Assembly: GCA_937876395.1 (NCBI GenBank)
Contig: CALEIM010000127.1
Coordinates: forward strand, 12,334-76,333
Direction of reading: 5' to 3'
Origin: an uncultured Wenzhouxiangella sp.
Lineage (GTDB): Bacteria > Pseudomonadota > Gammaproteobacteria > Xanthomonadales > Wenzhouxiangellaceae
Length of the DNA stretch: 64,000 nt
Below are positions 51,484-62,855 of the stretch, piece after piece. The notes under the pieces were generated by a model that was not told where the DNA came from, did not search any database, and saw only the letters and a program-made list of their open reading frames with translations. The position numbers and the translations under genes are program-made. Position 1 is the stretch's first letter. Every line of letters starts with the position of its first letter.

Positions 51484-53198
51484 AGTGGCTCACGCCGCTT
51501 TTGCTGCTCGCGCTTGCTGCCTGCGGTGGCGAACCGGACCAGGCACCCGAGCCGGCGCCGCGCCTGCCCCAGCCGGTCGAGCTGCAACTCGATGAGCACG
51601 GCCGTCCGCTGCCCGAAGTACTGGCCGAAACACAACTCCTGCGCCGCGGCAATGGCGAGGAGCCGCAGACGCTTGACCCGCATCTGGCCGAGGGCGTGCC
51701 CGAAACCAATATTCTGCGTGATCTGTTTGAAGGCCTGACCACTACCGCGCCCGACGGCCAGATTGTTCCAGGCGCGGCGCGCCACTGGGACATCAGCCGC
51801 GACGGTCTGACCTACACCTTTTATCTCGACCCCGACGGGCGCTGGAGCAACGGCGAGGCGGTAACCGCCGACGATTTCGTCTGGTCCTGGCAGCGCGCCG
51901 CAGACCCACAGACTGGCGCGTTCAACAGCCGCATGCTCGCGCCGGTGCTCAATGCCGAGGAGATTTTTGCCGGCCAGATGCCGCCGGTCGAGCTCGGCGT
52001 GAGCGCGCTCAATGAAACCACCTTTCAGGTCAGGCTTGCCGATCCGACGCCGTACTTTCTCGGCCTGCTGACCCATCCGACCACCTACCCGGTCTGGCGC
52101 GAGGGTGTGGAAATGCACGGTGCCGGCCATGTGCGCCCCGGCCGGCTGGTTTCCAACGGTGCCTATCGGCTCGATGACTGGCAGGTGCGTTCTTCCATCG
52201 GGCTGGTCCGCAGCGAACATTTTCGCCGCGCCGAGGAAGTCATCATCGAACGCGTCAACTACTATCCCTTCGAAGACGAAAATACCGAGCTGACCCGCTT
52301 TCGAGCCGGCGATCTGCACTGGACCTACCAGGTACCTTCCGGGCAGTTTGCCTGGCTGGAGGAACACATGAGCGAGGCGCTGACGGTCACTCCCTGGTTC
52401 GGCACCTACTTCTTCTCCTACAACCTGACCCGTCCCCCCTTCAAGGACAACCTGGCGCTGCGCCAGGCGCTGAACCTGGCCATTGATCGCCAGATTCTGA
52501 CCGAGCGGGTCAGCCGCTTCGGCGAGCTGCCAAGCTTCAACCTGGTGCCGCCGGGTCTGCCCGGCTACGTCTCCCCGGAGCCCGACTGGGCCACAGCAAG
52601 CCAGGCCGAACGCGAGGCCGAAGCCCAGCGTCTCTTTCAACAGGCCGGCTTTGGCGAAGGACGTGAGCTGTTGGTTGAGCTGCGCTATAACACCTCCGAA
52701 AATCACCGCCGCATTGCCGTTGCGGTGGCCGCGATGTGGAAACAGGTGCTGGGCGTGCGCACCCGTCTGGTCAACGAGGAGTTTCGGGTGTTTTTGCAAA
52801 ACCGTGCCCAGCGCCGGGTAACCGAGGTTTTCCGCTCCGGCTGGGTTGGTGACTACCAGGACGCCTTTTCCTTTCTTGAGATGTTTCACTCCGGCCACGG
52901 ACGCAACGACGCCGGCTATGACAATCCGCGCTTCGATCGCCTGCTCGAGCGCATCGCCTCAGAGCGCATCCCGGCCAGCCGCCGCAACCTGATGGCCGAA
53001 GCCGAGCGCATGATTCTGGCCGACCAGGTCATCTTGCCGGTCTACAATTACGTCACCAAACGGCTCATCGACCCGCGCCTGAAAGGTTGGCAGGACAACG
53101 TCATGGACCAGCATCTGACCCGCTACATGTACCTGCTCAAGACGCGTACGGCTGACCCGGTTGGCACCGGCGCAAGCGAGGAAGCGAATGATGCTTGA
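51480..53198 (+). CDS. oppA: peptide ABC transporter substrate-binding lipoprotein, copy 2
   Basis: LAAC lipobox, NGEEPQTLDPH, VSNGAY, RQALNLAIDR, GWVGDY. Confidence 0.9.
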   Translation: MKWLTPLLLLALAACGGEPDQAPEPAPRLPQPVELQLDEHGRPLPEVLAETQLLRRGNGEEPQTLDPHLAEGVPETNILRDLFEGLTTTAPDGQIVPGAARHWDISRDGLTYTFYLDPDGRWSNGEAVTADDFVWSWQRAADPQTGAFNSRMLAPVLNAEEIFAGQMPPVELGVSALNETTFQVRLADPTPYFLGLLTHPTTYPVWREGVEMHGAGHVRPGRLVSNGAYRLDDWQVRSSIGLVRSEHFRRAEEVIIERVNYYPFEDENTELTRFRAGDLHWTYQVPSGQFAWLEEHMSEALTVTPWFGTYFFSYNLTRPPFKDNLALRQALNLAIDRQILTERVSRFGELPSFNLVPPGLPGYVSPEPDWATASQAEREAEAQRLFQQAGFGEGRELLVELRYNTSENHRRIAVAVAAMWKQVLGVRTRLVNEEFRVFLQNRAQRRVTEVFRSGWVGDYQDAFSFLEMFHSGHGRNDAGYDNPRFDRLLERIASERIPASRRNLMAEAERMILADQVILPVYNYVTKRLIDPRLKGWQDNVMDQHLTRYMYLLKTRTADPVGTGASEEANDA

Positions 53199-53309
53199 AA
53201 GAGTTGCCCGCGAAAGATCGCCCTTGAGGGCGCCCGGCCTCGGCTTCCTGCGCGTGCGGGCAAACCACCTCGGCACCCGTAGTGCCGTGCCAGAGGCCTG
53301 GTTTTTCCG

Positions 53310-54251
53310 GTGCTGAACTTCAGCCTCAAACGGCTCGCTTCAGCCATCCCGACGCTGCTTTTGCTGATTACCTTCGCTTTCTTTTTGATCCGGATCGCGC
53401 CGGGCGGGCCGTTTGATTCCGAGCGCGCCCTGCCGGCCGAGATCGAAGCCAATCTGGCCGCCAAGTACCATCTGGATGAGCCACTGGTTTTTCAGTACGG
53501 TCGCTACCTGTGGCAGATCGTGCGTGGTGATCTGGGCCCGTCATTTCACTATCGAGACTGGACCGTCAACGACCTGATCGCCCAGGGCGCGCCGGTGTCG
53601 TTCACCCTGGGCGCGCTGGCCCTGCTGCTGGCCCTGGCAGTCGGGGTGCTGATCGGCGTCTGGGCGGCGCTGCGTCAGAACCGGCCGACTGATTACACCG
53701 TGATGAGTCTGGCCATGATCGGCATCTCGGTGCCCAATTTCGTCCTGGCGCCGCTGCTGATTCTGGTGTTTGCCATCCAGCTCGGCTGGCTGCCGGCCGG
53801 TGGCTGGGAGTTCAGCCTCGATCGGATGGTGCTGCCGGTGATTACGCTGGCCTTGCCGATGATTGCCTACGTGGCCCGCATTACCCGCGCCTCGATGATC
53901 GAGGTGCTGCATTCGAGCTTTATTCGCACGGTGCGCGCCAAGGGCATGCCGGAAAAGGAGGTGATACTGCGCCACGCGCTCAAGCCCGCCCTGCTGCCGG
54001 TGATTTCCTATCTCGGCCCGGCCGCGGCCGCCATTTTGACCGGCTCGGTGGTGGTCGAGCGCATCTTTACCATTCCGGGGATAGGCTCTTATTTCGTGCA
54101 GGGTGCGCTCAACCGTGACTACACCCTGGTCATGGGCGTGGTCATTCTTTACGGAGTGCTGATTCTGCTGTTCAATTTCCTGGTCGACCTGCTCTACGCC
54201 TGGCTCGATCCGCGCATCCGCTACGATGAAGGCAAGGTCAGTCATGAATGA
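53310..54251 (+). CDS. oppB: oligopeptide ABC permease
   Basis: APGGPF, GDLGPS, FIRTVRAKG, GALNRDYTLVMG. Confidence 0.93.
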   Translation: MLNFSLKRLASAIPTLLLLITFAFFLIRIAPGGPFDSERALPAEIEANLAAKYHLDEPLVFQYGRYLWQIVRGDLGPSFHYRDWTVNDLIAQGAPVSFTLGALALLLALAVGVLIGVWAALRQNRPTDYTVMSLAMIGISVPNFVLAPLLILVFAIQLGWLPAGGWEFSLDRMVLPVITLALPMIAYVARITRASMIEVLHSSFIRTVRAKGMPEKEVILRHALKPALLPVISYLGPAAAAILTGSVVVERIFTIPGIGSYFVQGALNRDYTLVMGVVILYGVLILLFNFLVDLLYAWLDPRIRYDEGKVSHE

Positions 54252-55155
54252 ACCCGGTCGCAGCGTCGATGCCTTTGAACAGGCTCTCGATACCCGCGAG
54301 ATTCGCAGCCGCTCGCTGTACGTTGATGCCTGGCATCGATTGCTGCGCAACAAGGCTGCCGTCACCGCGCTGATCGTGTTGACGGTCATGATCGTGCTGG
54401 TCAGCGTCGGGCCGATGCTGTCGGGATGGGATCATGAAATCCCCGACTGGGACAACTACTCGCAGCCGCCCTCGCTGGAAACCGGGCATCTGTTCGGCAC
54501 CGATGCACTGGGGCGGGATCTGTTCGTGCGCACTTTGATCGGCGGCCGGATTTCGCTGCTGGTCGGCCTGGTGGCAACCCTGGTATCGCTGCTCATCGGC
54601 GTGACCTGGGGTGCTTTCGCTGGCTACATGGGCGGACGGATTGATAACGTCATGATGCGCATTGTTGATGCCGTCTACGCCATGCCCTTTTTGTTTTTCG
54701 TGATCCTGCTGATGGTGGTGTTCGGGCGCAATATTTTCCTGATCTTTGTTGCTATCGGCGCGATCAACTGGCTGGACATGGCGCGCATCGTGCGCGGCCA
54801 GACGCTCAGTCTGAAAAACAAGAACTTTGTTGAAGCCGCGCGCGCCTGCGGGGCGACCGAATGGCAGGTCATTCGCCGCCATATCATTCCCAACCTGTTG
54901 GGCGTGGTCATTGTCTATGTCACACTGACCATTCCGCAGGTCATTCTGGTCGAGAGTTTTTTGAGCTTTCTTGGCCTGGGTGTGCAAGAGCCGCTGACCT
55001 CCTGGGGCGCGCTGGTCAATGAAGGTGCCCAGGAGCTTGAAATCGCGCCGTGGTCGCTGCTGTTCCCGGCCGGGTTTTTGGCCGCGACCCTGTTTTCGTT
55101 CAACTTTCTCGGTGACGGGCTGCGCGACGCGCTCGACCCGAAAGACCGCTCGTGA
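54244..55155 (+). CDS. oppC: oligopeptide ABC permease
   Basis: FGTDALGRDL, WLDMARIVRGQ, ESFLSFLGLG, GDGLRDALDPK. Confidence 0.93.
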   Translation: MNEPGRSVDAFEQALDTREIRSRSLYVDAWHRLLRNKAAVTALIVLTVMIVLVSVGPMLSGWDHEIPDWDNYSQPPSLETGHLFGTDALGRDLFVRTLIGGRISLLVGLVATLVSLLIGVTWGAFAGYMGGRIDNVMMRIVDAVYAMPFLFFVILLMVVFGRNIFLIFVAIGAINWLDMARIVRGQTLSLKNKNFVEAARACGATEWQVIRRHIIPNLLGVVIVYVTLTIPQVILVESFLSFLGLGVQEPLTSWGALVNEGAQELEIAPWSLLFPAGFLAATLFSFNFLGDGLRDALDPKDRS

Positions 55156-55161
55156 TCTGCC

Positions 55162-56142
55162 ATGCCCGTACTTGAAGTTCGCGATCTGACCGTTTCCTTT
55201 GACACGCCCGACGGCGTGGTCCATGCGGTCAACGGCATCAGCTTTGACCTTGAGCCGGGCGAGACTCTGGGCCTGGTCGGCGAATCGGGCTCAGGCAAGA
55301 CGCAGACCGCCCTGGCCCTGATGGGCCTGCTGGCCGACAACGGACGCGCCGGCGGCTCGGTGCGCTTTCGCGGGCAGGAATTGTTGGGCATGTCAGCCTC
55401 CGAGCTGACCCGGGTGCGCGGCTCGAAGATCTCGATGATTTTTCAGGATCCGGTTTCTTCGCTCAACCCGTACCTGAGCATCGGCGACCAGCTCATAGAG
55501 GTGCTCACCCATCACCGCAACCTCAAACGTGGCGAGGCCCGGGAGCGCGCCATCGAAATGCTGCGCCTGGTGCAGATCAACGATCCCGAACAGCGCATAA
55601 AGCAGTTTCCGCATGAACTGTCTGGCGGCATGTGCCAGCGCGTGATGATCGCCATGGGCCTGCTGTGCCAGCCTGACCTGCTGCTCGCCGACGAGCCGAC
55701 CACGGCCCTGGATGTGACCGTGCAGTCGCAGATCAACTCGCTGATGGCCGAGCTCTCAACCCAGTCATCGACCGCCATCGTGCTCATTACCCATGACCTG
55801 GGCGTGGTTGCCGGGCTGTGTGACCGGGTGCTGGTAATGTATGCCGGCAAGGAAATGGAATTGGCCGGCGTGCACGAGCTGTTTGCCGACCCCCAGCATC
55901 CTTACACCGAGGGCCTGCTCGAATCGGTGCCGCGTCTGGATCGCGCCGAGTCGGACACTTTGCATGCCATTCCCGGCAACCCGCCGAACCTGCTTGAGGT
56001 GCCTTCGGGCTGCCCGTTCCGCGACCGCTGCAGCTATGCCTGGGACAAGTGCCTAGAGCTGCCGGAGTTCGAAGACGTGGGCGACGGACGCTTCAAGCGC
56101 TGCCATCTCGATACGCTGCCATCCAAACGAGAGGTTGGCTGA
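55162..56142 (+). CDS. oppD: oligopeptide ABC ATPase
   Basis: GESGSGKT, LSGGMCQR, ADEPTTALDVT, GCPF-x-x-RC. Confidence 0.93.
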   Translation: MPVLEVRDLTVSFDTPDGVVHAVNGISFDLEPGETLGLVGESGSGKTQTALALMGLLADNGRAGGSVRFRGQELLGMSASELTRVRGSKISMIFQDPVSSLNPYLSIGDQLIEVLTHHRNLKRGEARERAIEMLRLVQINDPEQRIKQFPHELSGGMCQRVMIAMGLLCQPDLLLADEPTTALDVTVQSQINSLMAELSTQSSTAIVLITHDLGVVAGLCDRVLVMYAGKEMELAGVHELFADPQHPYTEGLLESVPRLDRAESDTLHAIPGNPPNLLEVPSGCPFRDRCSYAWDKCLELPEFEDVGDGRFKRCHLDTLPSKREVG

Positions 56143-57188
56143 TGCGCAATCCGGTGCTTCAGGTGCGCAATTTGGAAGTCAGCTTTCGGGTGGATATCGG
56201 TACGCTGTTGCGGCGCGATTACCGCAGCATCCGGGCGGTGGCCGGGCTGAGCTTTGACGTCCACCCGGCCGAAACCCTCGGCGTGGTGGGTGAGTCGGGC
56301 TGCGGCAAGTCCACCCTGGCGCGCGCCCTGCTCGGCCTGCAGCGCTCCGGGCGCGGTGAAATCCTGTGGCTGGGCGAGGACCTCGTCGGAGCCAGCGAAG
56401 AGACGTTGCGCCGCAAGCGCCGCGAGATTCAGATGATCTTTCAGGATCCGCAGGGGTCGCTCGATCCGCGCATGACCGTTGGAGCGATCGTTGCCGAACC
56501 GCTGCGCAATTTCTTTCCCTCGATGTCGCGCCTGCAGATTCGCGAGCGGGTGATGGGGATACTCAAGCTGGTCGGAATTCGCCCAGACCAGATCAACCGC
56601 TACCCGCACGAGTTTTCCGGCGGCCAGTGCCAGCGCGTCGGCATTGCCCGCGCCCTGGTCGTCAATCCGCGCCTGGTGGTCTGCGATGAGCCGGTCAGCG
56701 CGCTCGATGTGTCCATCCAGGCGCAGATCATCAACCTGCTCAAGGATCTGCAAAAGAAGCTCCAGCTTTCGCTGATTTTCATTGCCCACGACCTGTCGAT
56801 CGTGCGCCATGTATCGGACCGGATCATGGTGATGTACATGGGCAAGGTGATGGAGCTGGCCGATCGCAACAGCCTGTATCGTTCGCCCCGCCATCCGTAT
56901 ACCCGAGCCCTGATCGAGTCGGTGCCCATTCCCGATCCGGTGCGTGAGCGGGCTCGCGTTCGGCGCGCGCTAAAAGGCGACATGCCCTCGCCGCTGGATC
57001 CACCTTCGGGCTGCATCTTCCGCACCCGCTGTCCCTGGGCAACCGAGCTTTGTGCGCGGGAAGTGCCACCGCTGGAAACCCTCGAAGATGGCCACCAGGT
57101 CGCCTGCCACCATCATCGCGAGCTGCCGGCCTGGCCCGAGCTGGAAGAGTTGGACTGCAGCACCGATTCAGTGCGGTCCGAATCGTGA
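56142..57188 (+). CDS. oppF: oligopeptide ABC ATPase
   Basis: GESGCGKST, FSGGQCQR, CDEPVSALDVS, PPSGC-x-FRTRC. Confidence 0.93.
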   Translation: MRNPVLQVRNLEVSFRVDIGTLLRRDYRSIRAVAGLSFDVHPAETLGVVGESGCGKSTLARALLGLQRSGRGEILWLGEDLVGASEETLRRKRREIQMIFQDPQGSLDPRMTVGAIVAEPLRNFFPSMSRLQIRERVMGILKLVGIRPDQINRYPHEFSGGQCQRVGIARALVVNPRLVVCDEPVSALDVSIQAQIINLLKDLQKKLQLSLIFIAHDLSIVRHVSDRIMVMYMGKVMELADRNSLYRSPRHPYTRALIESVPIPDPVRERARVRRALKGDMPSPLDPPSGCIFRTRCPWATELCAREVPPLETLEDGHQVACHHHRELPAWPELEELDCSTDSVRSES

Positions 57189-57814
57189 TTTCCACAGCCC
57201 AGCGCGGACAGCTTGATCGCGGTCTGGCCGAGCTCGGCCAGGATCTGGACGCGGCCCAGGGTGACCGGCTGATCGCCTATCTCGACCTTTTGGCGCGCTG
57301 GAACCGGGTCTACAATCTGACCGCCGTCGATGATCCACTGGCCATGGTCGATCGTCACCTGCTCGACAGTCTGAGCATTCTGCCGTGGCTTGCGGGGTCG
57401 GAAATCATCGACGCCGGCAGCGGCGCCGGCCTGCCTGGCGTGGTGCTGGCCATTGCTGCACCTCAGCGCCACTTCGTGCTGATCGACAGCAACGGCAAAA
57501 AAGTGCGCTTTTTGCGCGAGGTGCGGCGCGCGCTGGGCCTGGACAACATCGAGCCGATTCACACCCGCCTGGAAGATTTCATTCCCGAACGTGCGCCGGA
57601 TCAGATCGTGGCGCGCGCGCTCGCACCGCTGCCGCGCCTGGTTGAGCAGCTTGGTCATCTGCTCGCCGACGGCGCCGAACTGCTGGCCATGAAGGGCCGC
57701 ATGGAACAAGACGAGTGCGCGGCGCTGGCGGATGCGTACAATGTCGAACGGATCGAACTGAACGTACCTGGCGCGAGCGGTGCCCGCAGCCTGGTCATCC
57801 TGAGGAAGTCATGA
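57185..57814 (+). CDS. rsmG: 16S rRNA m7G527 methyltransferase
   Basis: WNRVYNLTA, HLLDSL, DAGSGAGLPG, DSNGKK; GTG overlapping oppF stop. Confidence 0.95.
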   Translation: MISTAQRGQLDRGLAELGQDLDAAQGDRLIAYLDLLARWNRVYNLTAVDDPLAMVDRHLLDSLSILPWLAGSEIIDAGSGAGLPGVVLAIAAPQRHFVLIDSNGKKVRFLREVRRALGLDNIEPIHTRLEDFIPERAPDQIVARALAPLPRLVEQLGHLLADGAELLAMKGRMEQDECAALADAYNVERIELNVPGASGARSLVILRKS

Positions 57815-58647
57815 CAGAGCAACGGGCCCGTATCGTGGCCGTAACCAACCAGAAAGGCGGCGTGGGCAAGACCACCACCGCCGTCAACCTCGCCGCCGGC
57901 CTGGCCGAGCTCAAGCGCCGCGTTCTGCTGGTTGATCTGGACCCTCAGGGCAATGCCACGACCGGTTCAGGGGTTGAACTTGCGCCCGATCAGAACACCC
58001 TGTGCGAAGTGCTTTTAGGTGAATGCAGCGCTGCTGAAGCCCGCGTCCGGGCCGACTCCATGGGCTTTGACCTGCTGCCGGCCAATGGTGATTTGACCGC
58101 TGCCGAAGTCGCTCTGATGGAAAAGGACGAGCGCGCCAGCGTGCTTGATTCGGCGCTGGAAAAGGCCGCCCGGCGCTATCAGCACATCATCATCGACTGC
58201 CCGCCGGCGCTCAATGTGCTGACGCTGAACGCCCTGACGGCGGCCGATTCGGTGCTCATCCCGATGCAGTGCGAGTACTACGCCCTGGAGGGCTTGAGCG
58301 CCCTGCTCAGCACCATCGAGCAGATTCAGCAAACGGTCAATCCCGAGCTGCGCATCGAAGGCCTGGTGCGGACCATGTTCGACGTGCGCAACAACCTGTC
58401 GGGTGCGGTCTCGCGCCAGCTTGCCGAGCACTTCGGCGACAAACTATATGCCACGGTCATACCGCGCAACGTGCGCGTGGCCGAAGCGCCCAGCTATGGC
58501 CAGTCGGTCATCCATTACGATCGCGACTCGCGCGGTGCGGTGGCCTATCTTGGCCTGGCCGGCGAATACCTGCGCCGGATGGGTGAGGCGGCGCGATCAT
58601 CAACCGTGACCGCAGCCGATTTGGCCGGCGAAGAGCAACGAGCCTGA
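57811..58647 (+). CDS. parA: chromosome partitioning ATPase
   Basis: NQKGGVGKTTT, DLDPQGNAT, IDCPP, QCEYYALEG. Confidence 0.96.
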   Translation: MTEQRARIVAVTNQKGGVGKTTTAVNLAAGLAELKRRVLLVDLDPQGNATTGSGVELAPDQNTLCEVLLGECSAAEARVRADSMGFDLLPANGDLTAAEVALMEKDERASVLDSALEKAARRYQHIIIDCPPALNVLTLNALTAADSVLIPMQCEYYALEGLSALLSTIEQIQQTVNPELRIEGLVRTMFDVRNNLSGAVSRQLAEHFGDKLYATVIPRNVRVAEAPSYGQSVIHYDRDSRGAVAYLGLAGEYLRRMGEAARSSTVTAADLAGEEQRA

Positions 58648-58662
58648 GGAAAGACCTGAGAC

Positions 58663-59550
58663 ATGGCCGCATCACGCAAAAAGAATCCCCTGGGCCGCAA
58701 TCTCGACGCCCTGCTGAACAAGACCCGGGCCGCGGCTGAACAGGCCAGTCCCGACGGTCGGATTACCGATCTCATGGAGTTGCCGGTCGAGGCTATCGAG
58801 CCCGGCCGTTACCAGCCGCGCTCGGCCATGGATCCCGAGCGGCTCCAGGAACTGGCCGACTCAATCAGCGCCCAGGGTCTGGTTCAGCCGGTGGTGGTTC
58901 GTCCGCTGGCCCGTGCCGGCCGCTACGAGCTGATCGCCGGGGAACGCCGCTGGCGGGCCTGCCAGATGGCCGGCATGACCACCATCCCCGCACTGGTACG
59001 CGAGATTGCCGACGAGGCCACCCTGGCACTCGCCTTGATCGAAAACATCCAGCGCGAAGACCTCAATCCACTCGAAGAGGCCGTCGCCCTGCGCCGCCTG
59101 ATCGAGGAATTCGGCCTGACCCACGAGCAGGCCGCAAAAAGCGTTGGCCGTTCGCGTGCCTCGGTCAGCAACCTGCTCAGACTCATGGAACTGGCACCGG
59201 AAGTGCGCGAAATGCTCGATCACCGCCAGCTCGACATGGGCCATGCCCGGGCGCTGCTCAGTCTGGAGCGCCACGACCAGATCCGCGCCGCCCGCGAAGT
59301 CGTCGACAAGGACTTGTCCGTACGCCAGGCCGAAGCGCTGGTGCGCCGCATCCGCGCCGCCGACGAGCGCCCGGTCAAACCTCGAGCGCCCGGCAAGTCG
59401 GTCGATATCGAGCGTCTTGAACAGGAGCTGACCGAAGTCCTGTGCGCTCCGGTCAGTCTCCGACATGCGGATTCAGGAAAAGGCCAGCTCACCATCCGCT
59501 ACACCAGCCTGGACGAACTCGACGGTCTGCTCGAACGCTTCAGGCGCTGA
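58663..59550 (+). CDS. parB: chromosome partitioning protein
   Basis: LGRNLDALL, QPR, AGERRWRA, ENIQREDLN, HTH. Confidence 0.96.
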   Translation: MAASRKKNPLGRNLDALLNKTRAAAEQASPDGRITDLMELPVEAIEPGRYQPRSAMDPERLQELADSISAQGLVQPVVVRPLARAGRYELIAGERRWRACQMAGMTTIPALVREIADEATLALALIENIQREDLNPLEEAVALRRLIEEFGLTHEQAAKSVGRSRASVSNLLRLMELAPEVREMLDHRQLDMGHARALLSLERHDQIRAAREVVDKDLSVRQAEALVRRIRAADERPVKPRAPGKSVDIERLEQELTEVLCAPVSLRHADSGKGQLTIRYTSLDELDGLLERFRR

Positions 59551-59571
59551 CGGGCAGCGAGCAGATTCAGA

Positions 59572-59778
59572 TCAAATCAGCCAGAAAATCGATTCGACCG
59601 GCTGCTCCAGGCTGCGGGCAATTTTCAGCGCCACTTCCAGCGACGGGCTGTAGCGGCCTTTTTCAATGGCGATGATGGTCTGCCGCGTCACGCCAGCGGC
59701 GGCGGCCAGCTCCTGCTGAGTCATGTCCTTCTCACCCTGACGCAGGCTGCGCACGCGGTTGTCAACTGCTGCAGCCAT
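59572..59778 (-). CDS. XRE-family HTH regulator
   Basis: MTQQELA...GVTRQTIIAIEKGRYSPSL. Confidence 0.92.
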   Translation of the reverse strand: MAAAVDNRVRSLRQGEKDMTQQELAAAAGVTRQTIIAIEKGRYSPSLEVALKIARSLEQPVESIFWLI

Positions 59779-59780
59779 TT

Positions 59781-60230
59781 TTAGATGCCCCGGCGGTGAT
59801 ACCAGATGGTGGTGCACAGCTCGACGAGCACAGAGATGAATACGGCAAACAGCAGCGCGGTGGCGATCACGGTCGGCTGCTGCCACAGCGGATCGCTGAA
59901 CGTGCCGCCGATGATGATGTGCAAGACCACAGTAATGACGCCAAAGCCGAGCACGTTGCCGTAGATATTACCGGCTCGCCAGGCGATCAGACGCTCACGC
60001 TCATCATCTTTGCCATCGCTGCGCGACAGCGCCGCCACAATGATGTGATAGCCGCTCAATATGATAATCAGCAGCACGACAAACCCGATGCTCAGACCAA
60101 GCATGGCCACCGCTTCAAGCTGATCGGCACGCCACAGCCTCCAGGTGGATGAAAAATACAGGCCGCCGACGACCAGCATGCAAAGCAGGGTACCCCAGGC
60201 GCTTTTTTCCTGAAATGACATGGATGACAT
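59781..60230 (-). CDS. four-TM membrane protein co-transcribed with XRE regulator
   Basis: AAGGA RBS, MSFQEKSAW, DERE motif between TM pairs. Confidence 0.8.
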   Translation of the reverse strand: MSSMSFQEKSAWGTLLCMLVVGGLYFSSTWRLWRADQLEAVAMLGLSIGFVVLLIIILSGYHIIVAALSRSDGKDDERERLIAWRAGNIYGNVLGFGVITVVLHIIIGGTFSDPLWQQPTVIATALLFAVFISVLVELCTTIWYHRRGI

Positions 60231-60283
60231 GGTTGAGTCCTTGTTTGAGTTGTCGTTGCAGTGAAGTCTGGTTTGATTCACAT

Positions 60284-60324
60284 AAAGTAATGTCTACCTT
60301 ACATATTGTCAAGCAAACCTGACA
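60284..60324 (-). promoter_or_regulatory. sigma70 promoter overlapped by two palindromic operators
   Basis: Minus strand TTGACA-17 bp-TACTTT; palindromes GTAA-N8-TTAC (60287-60302) and TGTCA-N8-TGACA (60307-60324). Confidence 0.7.
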
Positions 60325-60382
60325 TGTCGAGTGTCGTGCTTCAAGCGTTTTCAGCCGGCGGTCAGCATTGGCTCAGTGGCTG

Positions 60383-60446
60383 GTCAGAACAAAAGAGGAG
60401 ACACTATAACTTTGTGGAAAGCGGACATTAGCGCTTTGGGCTAACA
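60383..60446 (-). mobile_element. orphan terminal repeat of an IS related to the element at 40394-41814
   Basis: 64 bp matching 41752-41814 with about 5-6 differences, ending GCTTTGGGCTAACA; no transposase or second end seen. Confidence 0.88.
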
Positions 60447-60462
60447 CAAGACCCGCTCTTGC

Positions 60463-60492
60463 TTGCCGCCAAACGTGCTCTGATGTTACAAT
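60463..60492 (+). promoter_or_regulatory. sigma70 promoter of the atp operon
   Basis: TTGCCG-18 bp-TACAAT with extended -10 TG and GC-rich discriminator CCCGCG. Confidence 0.65.
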
Positions 60493-60623
60493 CCCGCGGA
60501 TTTGCAGCGCGCCGACGATTTGTTCGGCGGCTTTTGTATGCGCCGCAGGAGTGTGGGTCGCCTGAAATCGGGTTCCACAGGCCGGATCGGTGCCGATTCG
60601 ATCATCCAAATCGCGCCCAGGCC

Positions 60624-61968
<1,345 letters not shown>

Positions 61969-62022
61969 GAACCCCAAGCCCTGAACTTCAGTTTCTGCTC
62001 TACAACATCAAGTCACTTTTAG

Positions 62023-62325
<303 letters not shown>

Positions 62326-62378
62326 TCGCGCCTTAACAGCCAAACCCTCCCCGAAACCTATAGAAGCAAGGTTCCTCT

Positions 62379-62852
62379 ATGCTACCGAGTATCTGGACAG
62401 TGGCCGGTCAGGCCGGCACGTTTCTGGTCTTTATCTGGGTGGTCATGAAGTTTGTCTGGCCGCCGCTGACCCAGGCCATGGAAGAACGTCGCCAGAAAAT
62501 CGCCGACGGCCTGGCCCACTCCGAAGAAGCGGAGCAGGCGCTGGACCGGGCCCGGGCCGATGCCGATGAAGTGATCCGTGAAGCCCGGCGCAAGGCGGGT
62601 GACATCATTGATCAGGGCAGCAAGCGCTCGACCCAGATCATCGAGCAGGCCAAGGAAGAGGCGTTGGCTGAGCGTGACCGCCAGGTTGCCGCGGCCGACG
62701 CCGAAATCCGCCTGGCCACCAACCAGGCTCGCGAGGCACTGCGCGCGCGCCTGGCCGAGCTGGCAATTGCCGGTGCCAGCCGGGTCGTCGAGAAGGAAAT
62801 CGATGTCGAGGCTCATCGCGACATGCTCGACAAGCTGGCCACGGAACTCTAA
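62379..62852 (+). CDS. atpF: F0F1 ATP synthase subunit b
   Basis: MKFVWPPL, ERRQKIADGL, coiled coil. Confidence 0.95.
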   Translation: MLPSIWTVAGQAGTFLVFIWVVMKFVWPPLTQAMEERRQKIADGLAHSEEAEQALDRARADADEVIREARRKAGDIIDQGSKRSTQIIEQAKEEALAERDRQVAAADAEIRLATNQAREALRARLAELAIAGASRVVEKEIDVEAHRDMLDKLATEL

Positions 62853-62855
62853 GCC

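Noticed and set aside
57185..60500. oriC or parS site near parAB
   Set aside because: No DnaA-box cluster or TGTTTCACGTGAAACA-like palindrome seen
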